Shown one piece after another: positions 39,572 to 53,713 of a stretch of DNA of 64,000 nt (position 1 is its first letter; each line of letters begins with the position of its first letter). Origin of the DNA: Camelus dromedarius (Eukaryota). The translations under genes and the position numbers were made by a program. The stretch spans positions 93,002,001 through 93,066,000 of the forward strand of contig NC_087437.1 in the NCBI RefSeq assembly GCF_036321535.1. The letters are read 5' to 3'. Below the pieces are notes generated by a model, which made no database searches, was not told the origin of the DNA, and was given only the letters and a program-made list of their open reading frames with translations.

Positions 39572-40940
39572 TATACAAAGATGCCTCAAAACTCCACGTT
39601 AAAAAAAAGAAAAAAACATACACACAAAAACACAAAACAAAAAACACAGAAGATGTTCAGAAGACATGAACAATATATATATAGAGGGCTAATAAGCAGA
39701 TGAAATAAAATATAATTGATGTTGTTAGTCATTAGAGAAATGCAAACTAAAACTACAGTGAGATATTGCCACACCTGTTGAAATGACTAAAATAAAATAT
39801 AGTGACTACACGAAATGCTTGTGATGATGCAGGGAGACTGGATCATTCCTGATGGGAATGTAAAATGTTAACAGGGTGATTGGTTGTAAAAGCAGCGTAA
39901 CAGCCCAGCAGTCACATGCTTGGTATTTTCCCCAAAGAATTTAAATTCTTTCTCCTCACATAAAGTCATCTACATGAATGTTCATAGCAGCTTATTCATA
40001 ATAGCTGATAACTAGAAGCAAGCCATGTGTGCTTCAATAGATAAATCGTTAAACAAATTTTTGTACACTGGTACCATGGAGTACTACTTAGCAATGAAAA
40101 GTATCTATATTGATTTGCACAACAACTTGGATGAATTCCCAGAGAATTATGCTGATAGGAAAAAGCCTGTCTCAAAAAAGGACATAGATATGGTTCAATT
40201 ACTCTTATGTATCATTCTTGTGATGACAAAATAAAAAAACAGAACTAATTAGTGGTCACCAGGGATTAAGGATAGTGGTGAGAAGGCAAGAGGAAAGTGG
40301 GTGTGGTTATAAAAGGGCATCAGGAGAGCTACTGGTGATGTACTTGTGTATCTTGACCATATCAATGCCAGTACCTTGGCTTGAATGTTGTACCATAGCT
40401 TTTCAATGGTATATTACCATTTGGGGAAACCAAGTAAAGTATACACACGATCTCTCTGTATTATTTCTTGCAACTGCATGGTAATCTACAATTATCTCAA
40501 AATCAAAAGTTTCAGTAAACTTTTAAAAATCCTTTTTCACATAAGAAACAAAATGGTTCAAAGAAAATATATGAGAATGTTGATAGTTACTTAAGTATTA
40601 CCTCTCATGGGCATTTGACAATAGTCTTCATTTTCAAAAGCATATTGACATCGGTAATAACTTTTCAGATCAATTATTTAAAAGTAACTTGTTTAAATTT
40701 AGTCAAATCAGGACATCCGCTGCTCATGCAGTCTTAGAACATCAGTGCTAACTAAAATCACTGTGGCTCAGAGCTGATCCTCAACTTTAGATTTCAGAAA
40801 TATTTCCCCCTAGGTTAGTTTGAGCCATAGGTGTCACACTCACAATAAATTCATAAGAGAAAGGATATAAAAGAAATATATAAAAAAGAAATATATAAAA
40901 AAATACTGCCTAATAACATTAGTTGGAGTATATGCCTTAA

Positions 40941-41078
40941 TTTTTTTAATTTTTTGCAGGGGGGAGGTAATTAGACTTATTTATTGATTTGATTTTTCAG
41001 TGGAGGTACTGGGGATTGAACCCAGGACCTCAGGTGTGCTAGGCATGTGCTCTACCACTTGAGCTCTACCCTGCCCAC
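40941..41078 (-). mobile_element. vic-1-like camelid SINE with TSD
   Basis: ggaggtactggggattgaacccaggacctc...ctctaccacttgagctctaccctgccc. TSD TGG(A/T)GTATATGCCTTAA at 40924-40940 and 41079-41095. Confidence 0.9.
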
Positions 41079-41694
41079 TGGTGTATATGCCTTAAAAGCT
41101 AGTTGGGATCCTTGGGTTTAGTAAGCAAGTCACCTTTGTTTTGTTCCCAAGAGTTTGAATTCAAATAAGTAATTTTAAGGATTTTTAAATGAGCATATAA
41201 TTAACACTATAAATGTTGCATGGTCTTAGAAGATACATAATCTTGGTAAAGTAAACATTTTATGGACCATTCGTGCCTAACAGGTGCCACTACTCCTGTA
41301 ATAAATGGAATGTTTGGGTTTACCAACTAGTGTTTGTATCTTCTTATCAGTGCTGTATTAGTACTAATGAATGCATATTATTAAGATTAGTAATAATGTT
41401 TGCTCTTACTAGGCATAACACAGACCATTGTTCTTTTCTCAGTATATTATTTTTCTTGAGGTTTTACTCAGATTCCTTCAGTGCATCTTGGTTTTGACAA
41501 TTCAAACTTGTCACCTTGATTGTACTTGGGTATTATTCCCTAACTGATCATCAAAGAAGCACTTATAAACTATATCTTAGTTACATTTGTTTCTGTTGCT
41601 AGCTAATATTATTTGTTGTATGTTAGCAATTATTTCACTCTGAGAGGCTCTCTATCAATCTGGGAGCTGTCTCATTGTACACATTTCTCTTCCT

Positions 41695-42150
41695 AGAAAA
41701 TTGATAGACTCAAGACTTTGAAGAGACCTCAATAACATGGTTTAATCTTTAATCTTTTCTTCAGCATCCCTGATTCTGCTTTTCCTTAGATGTCTTCACT
41801 AGTGTGAAACCCATCTCTTGGGGTAGCCCATTCCATATTTGGACAGGTCTCTCCATTAAAAAAGTCTTTGTTATATTGAATTAAAAATCTGTCTACCAAT
41901 TTGTAACCCATGGACACTCACAAAACAGATCCAATCACTTTTCTACATATCGTGCCTTTGAGTATTAAACCCTGGGGCTGTTTCTGTTTCCAGAGTTTGT
42001 GTTTCCATTTTCTCCCCAATTGTTTTTCCTATTGCATTACACTGTTTTGAGTTTTTATTTATTAGCAAACTTGAGTTTGTCTATCTCCTTCTTAAATTTG
42101 GAATTCTAAATGTAATATACCAGATGGGTTCTGACTATATATTACATTTT
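41695..42150 (-). mobile_element. L3/CR1 fragment
   Basis: ggtagcccattccatatttggacaggtctctccattaaaaaagtctttgttatattgaattaaaaatctg resembles the antisense CR1/L3 3' region. Confidence 0.6.
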
Positions 42151-44039
42151 AGTCAGAAATTTCTTAGCCATTGCCCAGTATACAGATGCATTGTATCCTG
42201 TTGTTTTCTATTGATTTTATACCTCAGAAGTGCAGTTTTGTCAAAATACTCCTAGTTTATCAAGATTTGGTTCTGTTTTGTCTTCTAGACTTGTAAATGA
42301 TGTGTATACAAGGTAATAGGGGGAAAAATCACTCACTCTTTAGTGACATTGGTTTTTTTTCTTTTCTCTTTTTTTGTTTGTCTTAACCTCATTTATTCTT
42401 CCTCGAGTATGTTGTGAAGGTTACTGTTTTTTTTTAAGCCTCAATATATATCTAGTCAAAAATCTTAAAATCTATCATTTAAATTTAAATTGGATTCCTA
42501 AAGAAGGTCACTGGATTAAATCTCCCGCTATACTTAGTGAATGGAAATCTATGTTAAAGGAGGGAAAGGAGACTACGTTTATGTTTTTAATTGGGAACTT
42601 GTCAATGCCCTCAGTCTAGTTCTTCAGAAATATAAAACTGAACTGGAAAGCCCCTGGTCACCTCTGGCCCATGGTGGAACACAGCTGTCACTGCCAAAGA
42701 GGAAAGTGGTGCATTTCTTTTCAGGAGGAGCCACCTGCGGTCACAAGTGTTAATCAAGACGCATCGGAGGTTTGGAGAGCTGTTTTATTTTTCTTCAGTC
42801 AGCCATTGTGATGACAGCCCTTCAGAGGTTGCTGGGCCACTTTCAAACTTTTGTCTCTTAAAAATCATGGTAAAAATGTATGGGCGACCCTGATTAATCA
42901 AAATCACATTTTCTTTCTTGTTTCAATCTGATCATAAACCTTCAAAGAGGCCTTTCCTTATGAAGTGTTTATGAATTATGAGAAGCAAATGTAGGCCTTT
43001 TATCTGTAAATGTTGCAAATATTCACAAAAATGCATTTGTCTTCAACTAGATATTCCTCCTTTCATCTTTAAAAGGGACACAGTTTTCATAAAATAAACT
43101 GTTATCAAAGACTAACAAGTGTCTATGAAACAAAGGATCTTTGAAATTATTCTTTGATTCACTTGCTCTATCAAAGGTCAAGCTATTAACATCCTCGGAT
43201 GGTGATGGAAAGATGGGGAAGGATCATGTACAGACTTGCTCTTGCTGGCTTAGTATTGCTGTTGCTCCAGTGAAAAGAAGGCACATTTGGAGCCAGTGGG
43301 CCAGATATGTAACATGGGACATCATAACAGTTGGAAAAAATCAGCAGATTATGATAAGAAGAATTTATACTTCAAAACAATACTAATTTTTGTGTATATC
43401 CACTATTTTCTGGATCTTTATGTTTGTGTATATGCCTATTCATTCTCTGCTGACATTTTACCTCTTTATTAATTTTTTATACTCTTTTTTCTTCATTTAT
43501 CCCTCATGTAACTGACTGCAAATGAATTTGAGTGACATATTTATGTTAATGATAAGTCGGGTGCCAAATTTGAGCTCTTTGAGGCTCTGTTGTGAGCAGT
43601 TTATATGTTTACAGTCTCTAACAACTGCATTAAAGTATTCTCATATTATAAGTCTTTCCAAAGTAGGTTTGACCATTAGTAATCAACAATATTAGCAATG
43701 AAATGAATTGTGATGGTAATTAATACTTTTAAAAAAGCATTTGTGAGCAAGAGGGCCCTAACAAAGGCAAGTTAAAATGGCTAGTGAACTGGCACATTGC
43801 TACAAGTTCCATGAGCTTCTTGTGATACAGCCAAAATCTTGTGAACTTCGCTAATATATCAAAATAGGAAAAATAACAAGAGACAGCAAAACCTCAAAAT
43901 ACCTAGGGAACAAAAATTATAAACTAATTTGGGGGGCAGAGAAAAGTGTGGGCTATAATTATTTGTTGCTGTGTCTGGATGAAATCTGACTTTAAAGTTT
44001 CTTGGCTTTGAGTGATACTTTGGAGTTGGTGGGGGGCAG

Positions 44040-44245
44040 GGGAGTGAGATGTCTGCTAGTACCCTAATCCTTCACTTATCTGTTCAGGTGATTTTGGAAA
44101 ATCGCTTAACATCTCTTGTCTTGAGCTTCCTCACCTGTCATTAGAGAATGATAACCCTCAGTATAAGTGTAAAGAAAAATTAGATACGATTATATGGATA
44201 AAGCATTTGACCTATTAAAGACCTCAGTAAAGGGTAGTTTTCTGT
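44040..44245 (+). mobile_element. MIR
   Basis: cacttatctgttcaggtgattttggaaaatcgcttaacatctct...gagcttcctcacctgtc. Confidence 0.7.
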
Positions 44246-44689
44246 TCCTTATCTCCCCAGCATGCAAACTGCCAGCAGCAAAAGGGTAGAGGAAATCATC
44301 TTCAGGAGTCAACAGACATAGCCTGACTCTGACAGTTATCTTGTGTAGCTCATTGTTTGGGGGCCGTTGAGTAATGTAGTTGTTCACAATGACAGTTCTA
44401 CATGCCAATGTCACAAACCTATTCAGTGGTCTTCAGTGCAGGCTGTAAAAGGTATTGACAGTGTACTGTGAGAGGACTTTTCTGAAAGGGAGAAGATGGT
44501 ATAGCTCCAATAAGCAGCTTTTCTAACTACCTGATTTAATCAAAGGGTAACATGTAGAATTTATATTTCTCAAATAAAATCTCTCTCAAGAACTATTTTC
44601 AGTGGAAGAAGCACAGTCGATTTAACTAGATAGTGCCTCTTCTTACTTTTTTCATACTGTGCAAAGGTTTTTTTGTTTTGTTTTTTGTT

Positions 44690-45300
44690 TTTTTTTTTAA
44701 TGCGACATAACCCATAATCTGTGTATAATAGATAAGACCATAGCCTTTAGCTTGCAGAGTCCCTCTTAGTGTGGAAATAACGGTCTGGCATGGGACAGCT
44801 GACCACTGATCCAGAAGACCTTGGCAGTTGTATGAATAGTGACATGCTGATATTCAACAGGTACCCAATTTAGAGATTTTTAGCAACAAAAACTAATTTT
44901 GCTAAAAGTGACAGACTTAATTCTAAGGGACTCGAGGGGCTAATATAAAACTAACTGTAGATGCACCACGATTATAACATTGCTTGCTTAAGAGAGAGTT
45001 TCTTACATATGATCCGTGGGTGTCCAGAGAAGGCCTCTCAGAGGTCACATTTGATTAAAATCTGCTAGACGTTTGAGCTGGGGTCTGACTCAAGCAGAGA
45101 ATTCCAGGCAGAGGTGTGAAGTCCTTATAGCTGAGATGAGCTGACTGTGCTTGAGGAGCAGACAGAAGGCCACTGTAGTGGCACTTAGTGGAAGGTAGCA
45201 AGTCACAGTATTAAATAGGTGGTAGGTCATTTTAGACCTTATAACCAGGACTGTAGATTGGATTTTATCCCAGGTGAGATGGGTCTTACTTAATAGGGCC
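44690..45300 (-). mobile_element. Degraded L2 fragment(s)
   Basis: gtccagagaaggcctctcagaggtcacatttga...agaattccaggcagagg...gtgcttgaggagcagacagaaggccactgtag. Confidence 0.55.
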
Positions 45301-45869
45301 AGGTTGCCCTGACTGGGCACGATTTTGGCCTGAATGTGGGTCATTAACCTCAACCTGATGGCACACTGTACATTTGCAAAGTGCCTGGGCGTTGATAACT
45401 GTGTATAACTCTGGGTGGGTGACTTTGGCAATTTTTCCTCTATCTTTACTTATGAAAAAAGAATCCTGAAACACACCATAGACATTTAAGATTATTTTGG
45501 AGCTCTTTTAAAAAGTTAATTTTGTAAGCACAAGCTAAAGTCCCCTCAGAATTTTCACCACATATCTAATACTCTGAGGAACCCAAACTTTTATTTCCCA
45601 GGACCGGCATCCACTGCAGATGTGAAGTTTCATCTATTGTTTTAATCTCTCATAAATTTGTCACTTTGCCTTTTACTTCAGAATAGATTTGTGTTTATTT
45701 TACCACAAATTGGTCTTCAAATTGCTGTCAAGAGGTGAAAATGAATAGTAGCAGGCTGCTTTGATTCTGCAATAAGAAACCTGAGTTCAGATTCTGACTT
45801 CATCACTGGCCAGCTTTGCGGCCCTGTGAACGTTACATATGGACACTGGGCATATGTGAATTTCAGTTG

Positions 45870-46098
45870 CAGGAGTTAGCAGACGATGTCCTGTGGGCCA
45901 AATCTGGCTGCTGTCTGTTTTTGTAATAAAGTTTTATTAAAATACGGTCATACTTATTCCTTTACACATTGTCTGTGACCTCTTAGACCCAACAACAGCA
46001 GAGCTGAGTCATTGCAACACAGGCTGCGACTGCGTGTGGCCCACAGAGCCTTTAAATATTTATATCTGGCCCTTTATAAATAAGTTTGCCAACCCTTA
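45870..46098 (+). mobile_element. MER58A (hAT-Charlie), inserted into a MIR (about 45750-46200)
   Basis: caggagttagcagac...gggccaaatctggc...ctgtttttgtaataaagttttatt...tatctggccctttata...aagtttgccaaccct follows the recalled MER58A consensus end to end. Confidence 0.9.
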
Positions 46099-48103
46099 CC
46101 ATGTGCATACATCTGAGGATTCTTGTGAGAATTCCATGGAATAATCCACACAAAGAACTTCATATAAGGTCCGGCATTTAATAAATCAATACATATTTGT
46201 GGTTTTTAGAATTTTTAAAAATTTGTTTTGTTTACCTCCCAATCATCAAATCAAATTGACTCTCATGAAGACACACCATTGGTTTGTGTATATTTCTGTA
46301 TATCCTTGGGGGAAAGGCACCTAAGCTTGAAAAGTCAGTTTTTGAGTAGTCGTACTTTGGTGATGCTTCCCCATTTCTGCACTAATAACAGTTCTGGATG
46401 TTGGAAGTCTTCTTTTGCCCAGGAAGCTGTCCTTGATATGGATATTGTAAATTATATATATATGTAAAAGTTCTCAGCTATATTACAGCAATATAGGTAG
46501 ATTGTTAAATTAATCATTGCAGAACCCTTTGAAAATCTAGGCAGCAATGTGCAAATGCAAAATTTATAACTGGAGCAAACAAAAAGAAGCTGATGATTCC
46601 TTAAGGATACCGATGTTTTTGTGGTTTCTTTCTTTTGTTGTCGTCACCAGAGATTTATGTAACATTTGGGGAAATTTTCAATATTTAATCATAAGCATTC
46701 TTATTCCAATGTAGACTACACATGCAGGCCAATCTGAATTTACTCTAACTAGAGGCTGGATATATTACCTTTTTTTTTAATTGGGGTATATGTTCGGATG
46801 AATGCCCACGTGTGTTAAAACCTACAGTAAACAAATTCATGCATTAATAAGGAAATAGGATTAGTGAAGTTTAATGATTTTACATTTCATAGTGGTAAAC
46901 ATGTTGTAAAAGGCCCCTAAACAGGAATTGTAAACTATGGAGAAAAAGGAAGAGGATAATCTAATCTGAGTATTTCAAAAAGATAATTTCTTACTTAGTT
47001 TTCTTCGTGAAAATAACCTTCTAAAAGCCTATGTACATCATACTAACTGCATAGCCACTTTTGTAGGTTTCCAAAGTACTGTAATCTTTAAGTTGCATTT
47101 ATTCCGATGTAGTCAAGAGTTTTGTTGTTCTTAATTTCCGTTTCCTATTGCAATGACTCTGAAAACAAAATTTCTTAAGCAATGTATATTAGTTTTGTTT
47201 TTAACTGCTTCAGAGTTAATATTGGCTTTATTTGAGTTTCTTAACTTTCTATGTACCTTATTAATTCAGTTCAGGTCAATTTATTTAAAATTAATTTAAA
47301 AAAATGTATCGGACATGGTTCCTACCACATAGATGTTTATAGTTATATTGGGAGGACCGATTATATGAACCAGTTTATCTCCTGTCGTCTTTCACATAGT
47401 GCTAATGTAAGGAATTTTCAGGAAAATTTTGTGATGCTTATACTGAGATTTGAGTAATAGGTAGAGTTTGGATAGGAGAGGAATGACCAATAATTCTTAT
47501 ATTTGACTTTTTGTGGGGAGGATGGGCTGCATGGCTTTGTATTTCAGTATGTGTTTTTATCTTTCCATGTCATCTAGAATTCCATTAATGTCTAAAATAC
47601 ATTATTTGATGTGATGAACTTTTAGATCTTAGCATATAGTGAAGTGATTCAAATTACTCTGTATCCCAAAACTCGGAAAATTTTTATCTTGAATTAATCT
47701 TTCACTTTAATTTTTAAAAAAAAGATTAGGAAATACAAAATTAGAAGAACAAATAGTCTAGTACCGTCTTTTCAAAAATCATCACTCTGAGGTTCAGGGA
47801 GGTTTTTTGTTTATACCAATTTTTGCAAAATTGGATAGTTTTCTTCACCCTGCCCCAAGCTCAGTGCTATATGTGTGTTAATATGTGTCTGTGTGTGTGT
47901 GTATGTGTTAAAAATGCCTCCTTGATTTTCATTAAGTGAAGTCTGACATAATTTTCTCATAAAATGCATCAAACCAGGGCACCTGATACCTTTAGTTTTT
48001 TTCAAAATAATTAAATATTTATTTTTTATTTAACAAATTTAAAGCAACAGCTAGTTTAGTTTGCTAGGCTTTCGCTTTTGCCCCATCAATGATGATTTAA
48101 AAG

Positions 48104-48240
48104 GAAGAGAGGCTGACAAGAGAGAAAGAGGAGAGAGGAGAAGAGGTTAGAAAAGGAACAAGAAGGAGAAAAAAAAAGAAGAAATCATATGGCTAGTCTA
48201 AGGATGAAGGAGCCACAGAGAGCGAGAGAGAGAGAAGGAA
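48104..48240. repeat. GA-rich low-complexity tract
   Basis: Directly visible purine run (gagagaaagaggagagaggagaagagg...). Confidence 0.8.
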
Positions 48241-51200
48241 TGGATTCTCAAGACTGACAGAAAGAGCAGAGACCTGTTGAGAGGCCAGTAGTTGGGGCAG
48301 GAGTCCAGAAAAGCTGAGACTTGGTTGGGAAAGAGGCTGTAATATGTGGGATCTGGAAGCCATCGACACTCAGTGAATTTGAATTTCTTTTTCTTTCCTA
48401 TATAACATCCATATAATCTATTCTATACTCCAGCCAGCCCATTAAATGCTAACCCCCTTTGTTTGTAGGGCTGTGTACAAATATACATTAAAGAGACATA
48501 TATTATTTAGCAAGGTTGGTGAAAACTGCTGAAGGATTGATAATTGAAATTTAAATGTGATTAATAGCAGCCCTCCATAGAGTTTTCCTCATCCCCTTCC
48601 TCCCACCCCCCCCCCCAACACACACACCATTTCCTGAGGAGCTGGGCGTCTCTCTTTTTTTCACCTGGCCTTGCCTCTATCCCTGTGCAACTGATACTCA
48701 TTCCTCAGTTCATCTCCTCCCTGGACTGCTTCTCCATTTCTAGTCTCTGCATACATTTTTGCATGCTAAAAACAACTTCCTTAGTAGTCTATCTCTAGCT
48801 TTATATAAACTATAATCATATTTTCCTTTAATATTGTCTTAAAATATTATTTGGGGGTGATAGCCAAGGAAAATCCTCTTAGAGTCACTATAGTTTATAA
48901 AATAATTATTTTGGACTAGAAAAAAACATTAATTCCCAGATGCTTTATACCTCCTCTTTATCTGCAAGATCTTTATTCGCCTTCACCTGTATGTTTCTCA
49001 TTTACTTTTGGTGCTGTTTAGATGTATTTATCTTTAAGTTGCCTCAAGTCATCTTTTGAAATGAAGCTGGCTAAAAATAAGTAAATAAACATTATGTATC
49101 TAATTATAAATTTTAATAAGATGATGGAAAATTATCAAGCTCATGAATGTATTTTTCTATATTAGAAGTATTATAATAGTTTACTTAAATATTAGTTAAT
49201 CTATTAGAAATAAGTCCATCAGAAGGGTAAAAATAAAAAAGAAGAAATATATGAATAGTTACTCTTTCCATTAAAATATGCTTTTAACCTATTATGGTTT
49301 AATTACCTATTATGGTTTAATATTTGCCAATAATAAATATCTATATGTGTTTAAGTCACTATCAGTTTTAATCTGGACTAGTAATTATCTTCATTCTATA
49401 GATAAGGTAGTATTTTTAACCTTGTTTGAAAAACATGAATGTGTATCTATATGCCTATTTGTATGCGTATGTAATTAGCTAAGCTGTAGTGATTTATTCT
49501 GGAGAAAAGTAACGCTTTGTTCAGATGAGATATGTAATAATTTCACATAGTACTTCACCTATGTTTCATTATAGGGGATGACTTAGCTTGGCTTTCTACT
49601 TTCTGGACCTTGGACTGCTCAACTTTTTGGCTTCTCTAATTTGAAAAAGATGTTTCCAAGTTTTGCCCAAATTTTAATACTATATTTTATAACCATTAAT
49701 GCTTTAGTAAAAATCTTTGTGAGGAAACAAAGAAATACAAATCAACTTAAAAATAAATGATATGGAAATGTATTAATTTTAATCTAAATCACTCAATGCA
49801 ATAATTATCAGAGTGGGTAATTATTTCAGAGTTGTCCCTTTTTTTTGGTATCAGACTGAAAACTCACTTTTGCTTTCACTGCTGGTCCTTTACTCACTCC
49901 GCCCCTCTTCCTGACACATACATGTATACAGATACAACCACACTCCCCTTGAAGTTTACCTTTTTCTAATCTTACTTGAGCAGGTTGTTAAAAATATAAA
50001 TTTAGAGAAAAAAAGAGACTTGAAAATTTCTCAAGTCCGGTATTTTTTTTTTTTTTTTTTGGTTAAAGTATAATTGGCAGCATTTATCATATAAAGGTAC
50101 AATATGCTATCCTTTCCTACTTATTTCCTAGAGAATACCCAAGTAGACTTATAGATAATACAAACAGAGGTAATTTTCATTCAATATTTAATAAGCTAGC
50201 TACAATTTAGGCCTTAAGGGAAAGAAAATTCATAATTGTATTAATGAATATAGATAAGCAGAGCTCAGTAGATATAATATGATTAAATAGTAAATTTAAA
50301 TGAAATAAAGTTGTGCAGGTTGAAATCCAAAAAGTAATGTGATATAGAAAAGAAAACTTCAAAGTCATATTTTATAATAAAAACCTATATTCTGAAATTC
50401 ATATTATTATAGATTTTTAGTAGCTGAATTAATAATTTATCTCATTAGAGTTGTGTGTTACTTGCTACCGAATTTTATCTGAAATTAATATATACAGTAG
50501 CCTCAATATAATTCTGTGTCTAAAAACCCAGATACGTTTTATTGTAGATGATACTATGTTGTATTAGATACGAATAATCACTTTTTGATCTTTTAAATTT
50601 TTTTCAATACCAATTGACTGACAAAGCTTAATTTCTGTTGACAAATTAAAAAGCAAAAATATAGCATTTTCCCTTTATTGGTTAATTTAATTAAAGTTAA
50701 ATTGATAGATGAAGTTTTTTTTTACTTAAAAAAAATAGATTAGATATTACCTGCTTTTCAATGATGACATTTTAAAATATCTTCCTTAAAAAATGTTATT
50801 TTCATTGTGATTTAAGATTCTTGTATTTGATATGCTATACCTTTTCTACATAAGAAAAAAAAATCTCAGTGTATGTTCTTTGTTCAAGATCAATCTGCTG
50901 CCTCAGTTGAAATATCCAGATCAAAACATGTAATTTTTGCTTTCAGATTTTATAATGTACTATTTAATAGCCATTTTGGCTTCAAAGACTGTGGATAGCT
51001 AAGAGGAATATATAGTCTTTCTTTGTATTTTTGATATTTAGCCACTGCTTAATCATGTCTCCTATTTATTAGTATACAATATTAGTAGGGTTAGTAACGT
51101 CCAGTGAACTGAGTTGCTGATTTTGAAAATCCTAGAAGTTATTCAGGACTACAAATAAACACAACGTTAGGCAAATAGTTTTGAATTACAAAACTTTATC

Positions 51201-52489
51201 TAATAAATGTTGTTACATGAGATTATACTTGCTTCCCAAGAAAATTTAACTATGTTTTATTTCATTACAAAGTTCATTGGCAAAATGTGAGACACTCAAC
51301 AGTTTTTGATTTCTGGGATGTTTCCTAAAAACCTTAATATTGGAATTATCTGTGTGTGACAAAATTTCCTTAATAAATCCTCATTACTTGATTACAGGTT
51401 GAATATTTCAGACATCCAAACCAATTAGAATCCTGATTATTTTGATTGCCAGAAATCCTTAAATGTATATATTATCCATGGATGTATTCAGTTTCTGTAT
51501 CAGACATCTGTGATTTAAACATTTTTAGTGGTTTATGATTCACAGGAAAGTTAGCTGCATTTCATAAACTTTTTCTGGATATTAGGGATTTTGCTTTTGC
51601 CTCATAAAAATATGTGAGTAAGCTAATCAGTCGATCTTAGGCAGTATGGATGACATAGTATTTACTTCCAATTTATGTGTTAATTAGTTTAGAATATAAA
51701 GCTCATAACTAAAATAGGTTACTTCTCAAACACATTCAAGCTGGCCACTAAGGTATATATTTTTTAGCATTACCTTCTAAAAGTTAGCATCCGACTCCTC
51801 CAGTTGTTTGGAAACTAGGCTGCTTTGTGGTTTCTAAGGATAGACTTTAAAAGCCTCTTGTCAGTGGAATAATCTTAGTGAAAGCCCCACCTTGCTTGCT
51901 GACGCACCCCAGAGTAAAACTGTGCTCTTAAATTCTGCTCTATATTTTTATGAGACACTAATCAACTAGATATATCAACTGTGTTATGGGCTGTCTGATG
52001 ACATTTTGAAGTCGAAAAAGTAAATTGCCTTTTTTATTGTACCCTTTGCTAGACATTTTCCTAGTTTGACTCAAGGCAAACCATTCAATTGAGATGATTC
52101 ACTTCATTTATTACTACAGAGCACATTGAGTGTTATTTGTAATTCAGTCATAATTTAGAATACATCATAAGCCTTCTCAGCCCCCTCAAAGAAGGAAAAA
52201 TGGAATTTATGGGTGCTGAGTTTGAAAATTATGACAGTAGAAATAGTAATAGACATCTTTGAGAAATCTATATTTTCACTGGTATATATTCCTTAAGCTT
52301 GTTCTGGTGTTCTAATCAAGAGGCAAATCTTAGATTCAGTGAACTAGTTCATCCATTTATAAGCTTAATAATTTCATTGTCCACATGACTGCTGAATGGT
52401 ACAGAACAGAGTGCTTCAGCTGGAGATCCTTTATGTTTAGATTTTTAGCATAAGATTATATAGTAAGATTCCACCATCCCCCAATACAT

Positions 52490-52761
52490 TTGCTGAGAAC
52501 TGAGTCACTAATGAGCTTCTCTGGTGCACAACATTTCACAAGTGTGACAGTTTATTGCCAGAGGAGTTAAATGCGACTCCATCAGGAGAGGAGGACTCTA
52601 GGAAGCTTACTCCTAGAACCCAGACTTTGCCCCATGTGCCCTTTCCTTTGCTGATTTTGCTTTTTGTCCTTTTACTGTATGTAATAAACTCTATGCTAAG
52701 TCCTGTAAGTCTTTCCAGTGACTCACTGAACCTGGAGGTGATCTGGAGGACCCTTGGCACA
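52490..52761 (+). mobile_element. MER21-like ERV LTR, 3' half
   Basis: ggagaggaggactctaggaagctt...cagactttgccccatgtgccctttcctttgctgattttg...taataaa...gtgactcactgaacctggaggtg...cccttggcaca. Confidence 0.75.
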
Positions 52762-53467
52762 GCTTTCCTCTTGTAATTTTAAGTTCATTGACCTGGGGTA
52801 AATATATTTATATAATAATCAAATACGTTGTCAACATTAAGTTGGATGTTTACATAGTGTAAGAAAAAGAAAAAAAGAAAGCTGCATCTTCTCTCTAATG
52901 ACAGTGTTAACCCTCCATGGCCTACTATTTTTCAACTTTATGAGTTCTGGATTGTGTCCATATACAAGTACTCATGTGTATAGTCTGGTTATTTATAGGC
53001 TCAGACCTCAGTCTTACTGGTTCTCTGTCTTGTTTGGTCTCAAAGCCCTGATTTTGTGACTTGAATGCAAGCCATCTGTGTTTTAAAATTAGTTTCATCA
53101 GTACACTGAGTTTACAATGAGTGAATCAGTCTGTCTTAGATTTATCATGCTAAGATGGTAAGAGACACAAAATTTGGACTACAGAAATACTGGGAACATT
53201 ATTTTGAGACTGTCTTTCCCCCTGTTTCCTGCACTGGTAGTTTATTTTTTTTCTTAAACAAAGGTTAATTATTTATAAAATATTATCCTTATAAGTTTAT
53301 TTTTTTACTTAACTCCTTTTAATAATCTAGTTTTAGAAGATATGTATAACCAATGAAATAATACTTTTAACTTTTACCTTCCATTTGCTGCTTCTAACTT
53401 TAAAATTTTAGATCTGATTTTTTTTTTCCTGAATGTAGTTCTTAATATTTTGTTAAAAATAAAACAT

Positions 53468-53529
53468 TCAGTGGTAGAGTGTGTGCTTAACATGCACAAG
53501 GTCCTGGGTTCAATCCCCAGTACCTCCAT

Positions 53530-53578
<49 letters not shown>

Positions 53579-53629
53579 CCTAATTACCTCCTCTCCCTCC
53601 AAAAAATAAAATAAAATAAGAATAAATTA
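53468..53629 (+). mobile_element. vic-1-like SINE, slightly 5'-truncated, with expanded (AAAT)n (about 53532-53577)
   Basis: tcagtggtagagtgtgtgcttaacatgcacaaggtcctgggttcaatccccagtacctcc, then (aaat)~11, then cctaattacctcc. Confidence 0.9.
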
Positions 53630-53713
53630 TTAAAAATAAATTTTAAAATTACAGATTTTATTTCTTTACTATTTTAATTCTAGATTGTTTGCTCTCCTGT
53701 AAAATTTTGTGTA

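Larger units (their letters stand above)
36595..40520 (+). mobile_element. Old L1 (L1MC/L1MD-like): ORF1 end, internally deleted ORF2 and 3'UTR, interrupted by nested insertions
   Basis: ORF1-type aatatccttcaggaatgaag...gagagtttgtggccagcagacct. RT-type cattttatgaagccagtattgccctgatacca, gaacaaggcaaagatg and tctatttgtggatgatatgat. 3' end gatctctctgtattatttcttgcaactgcatg...ctacaattatctcaaaatcaaaagttt. Many stops and frameshifts. Confidence 0.85.
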
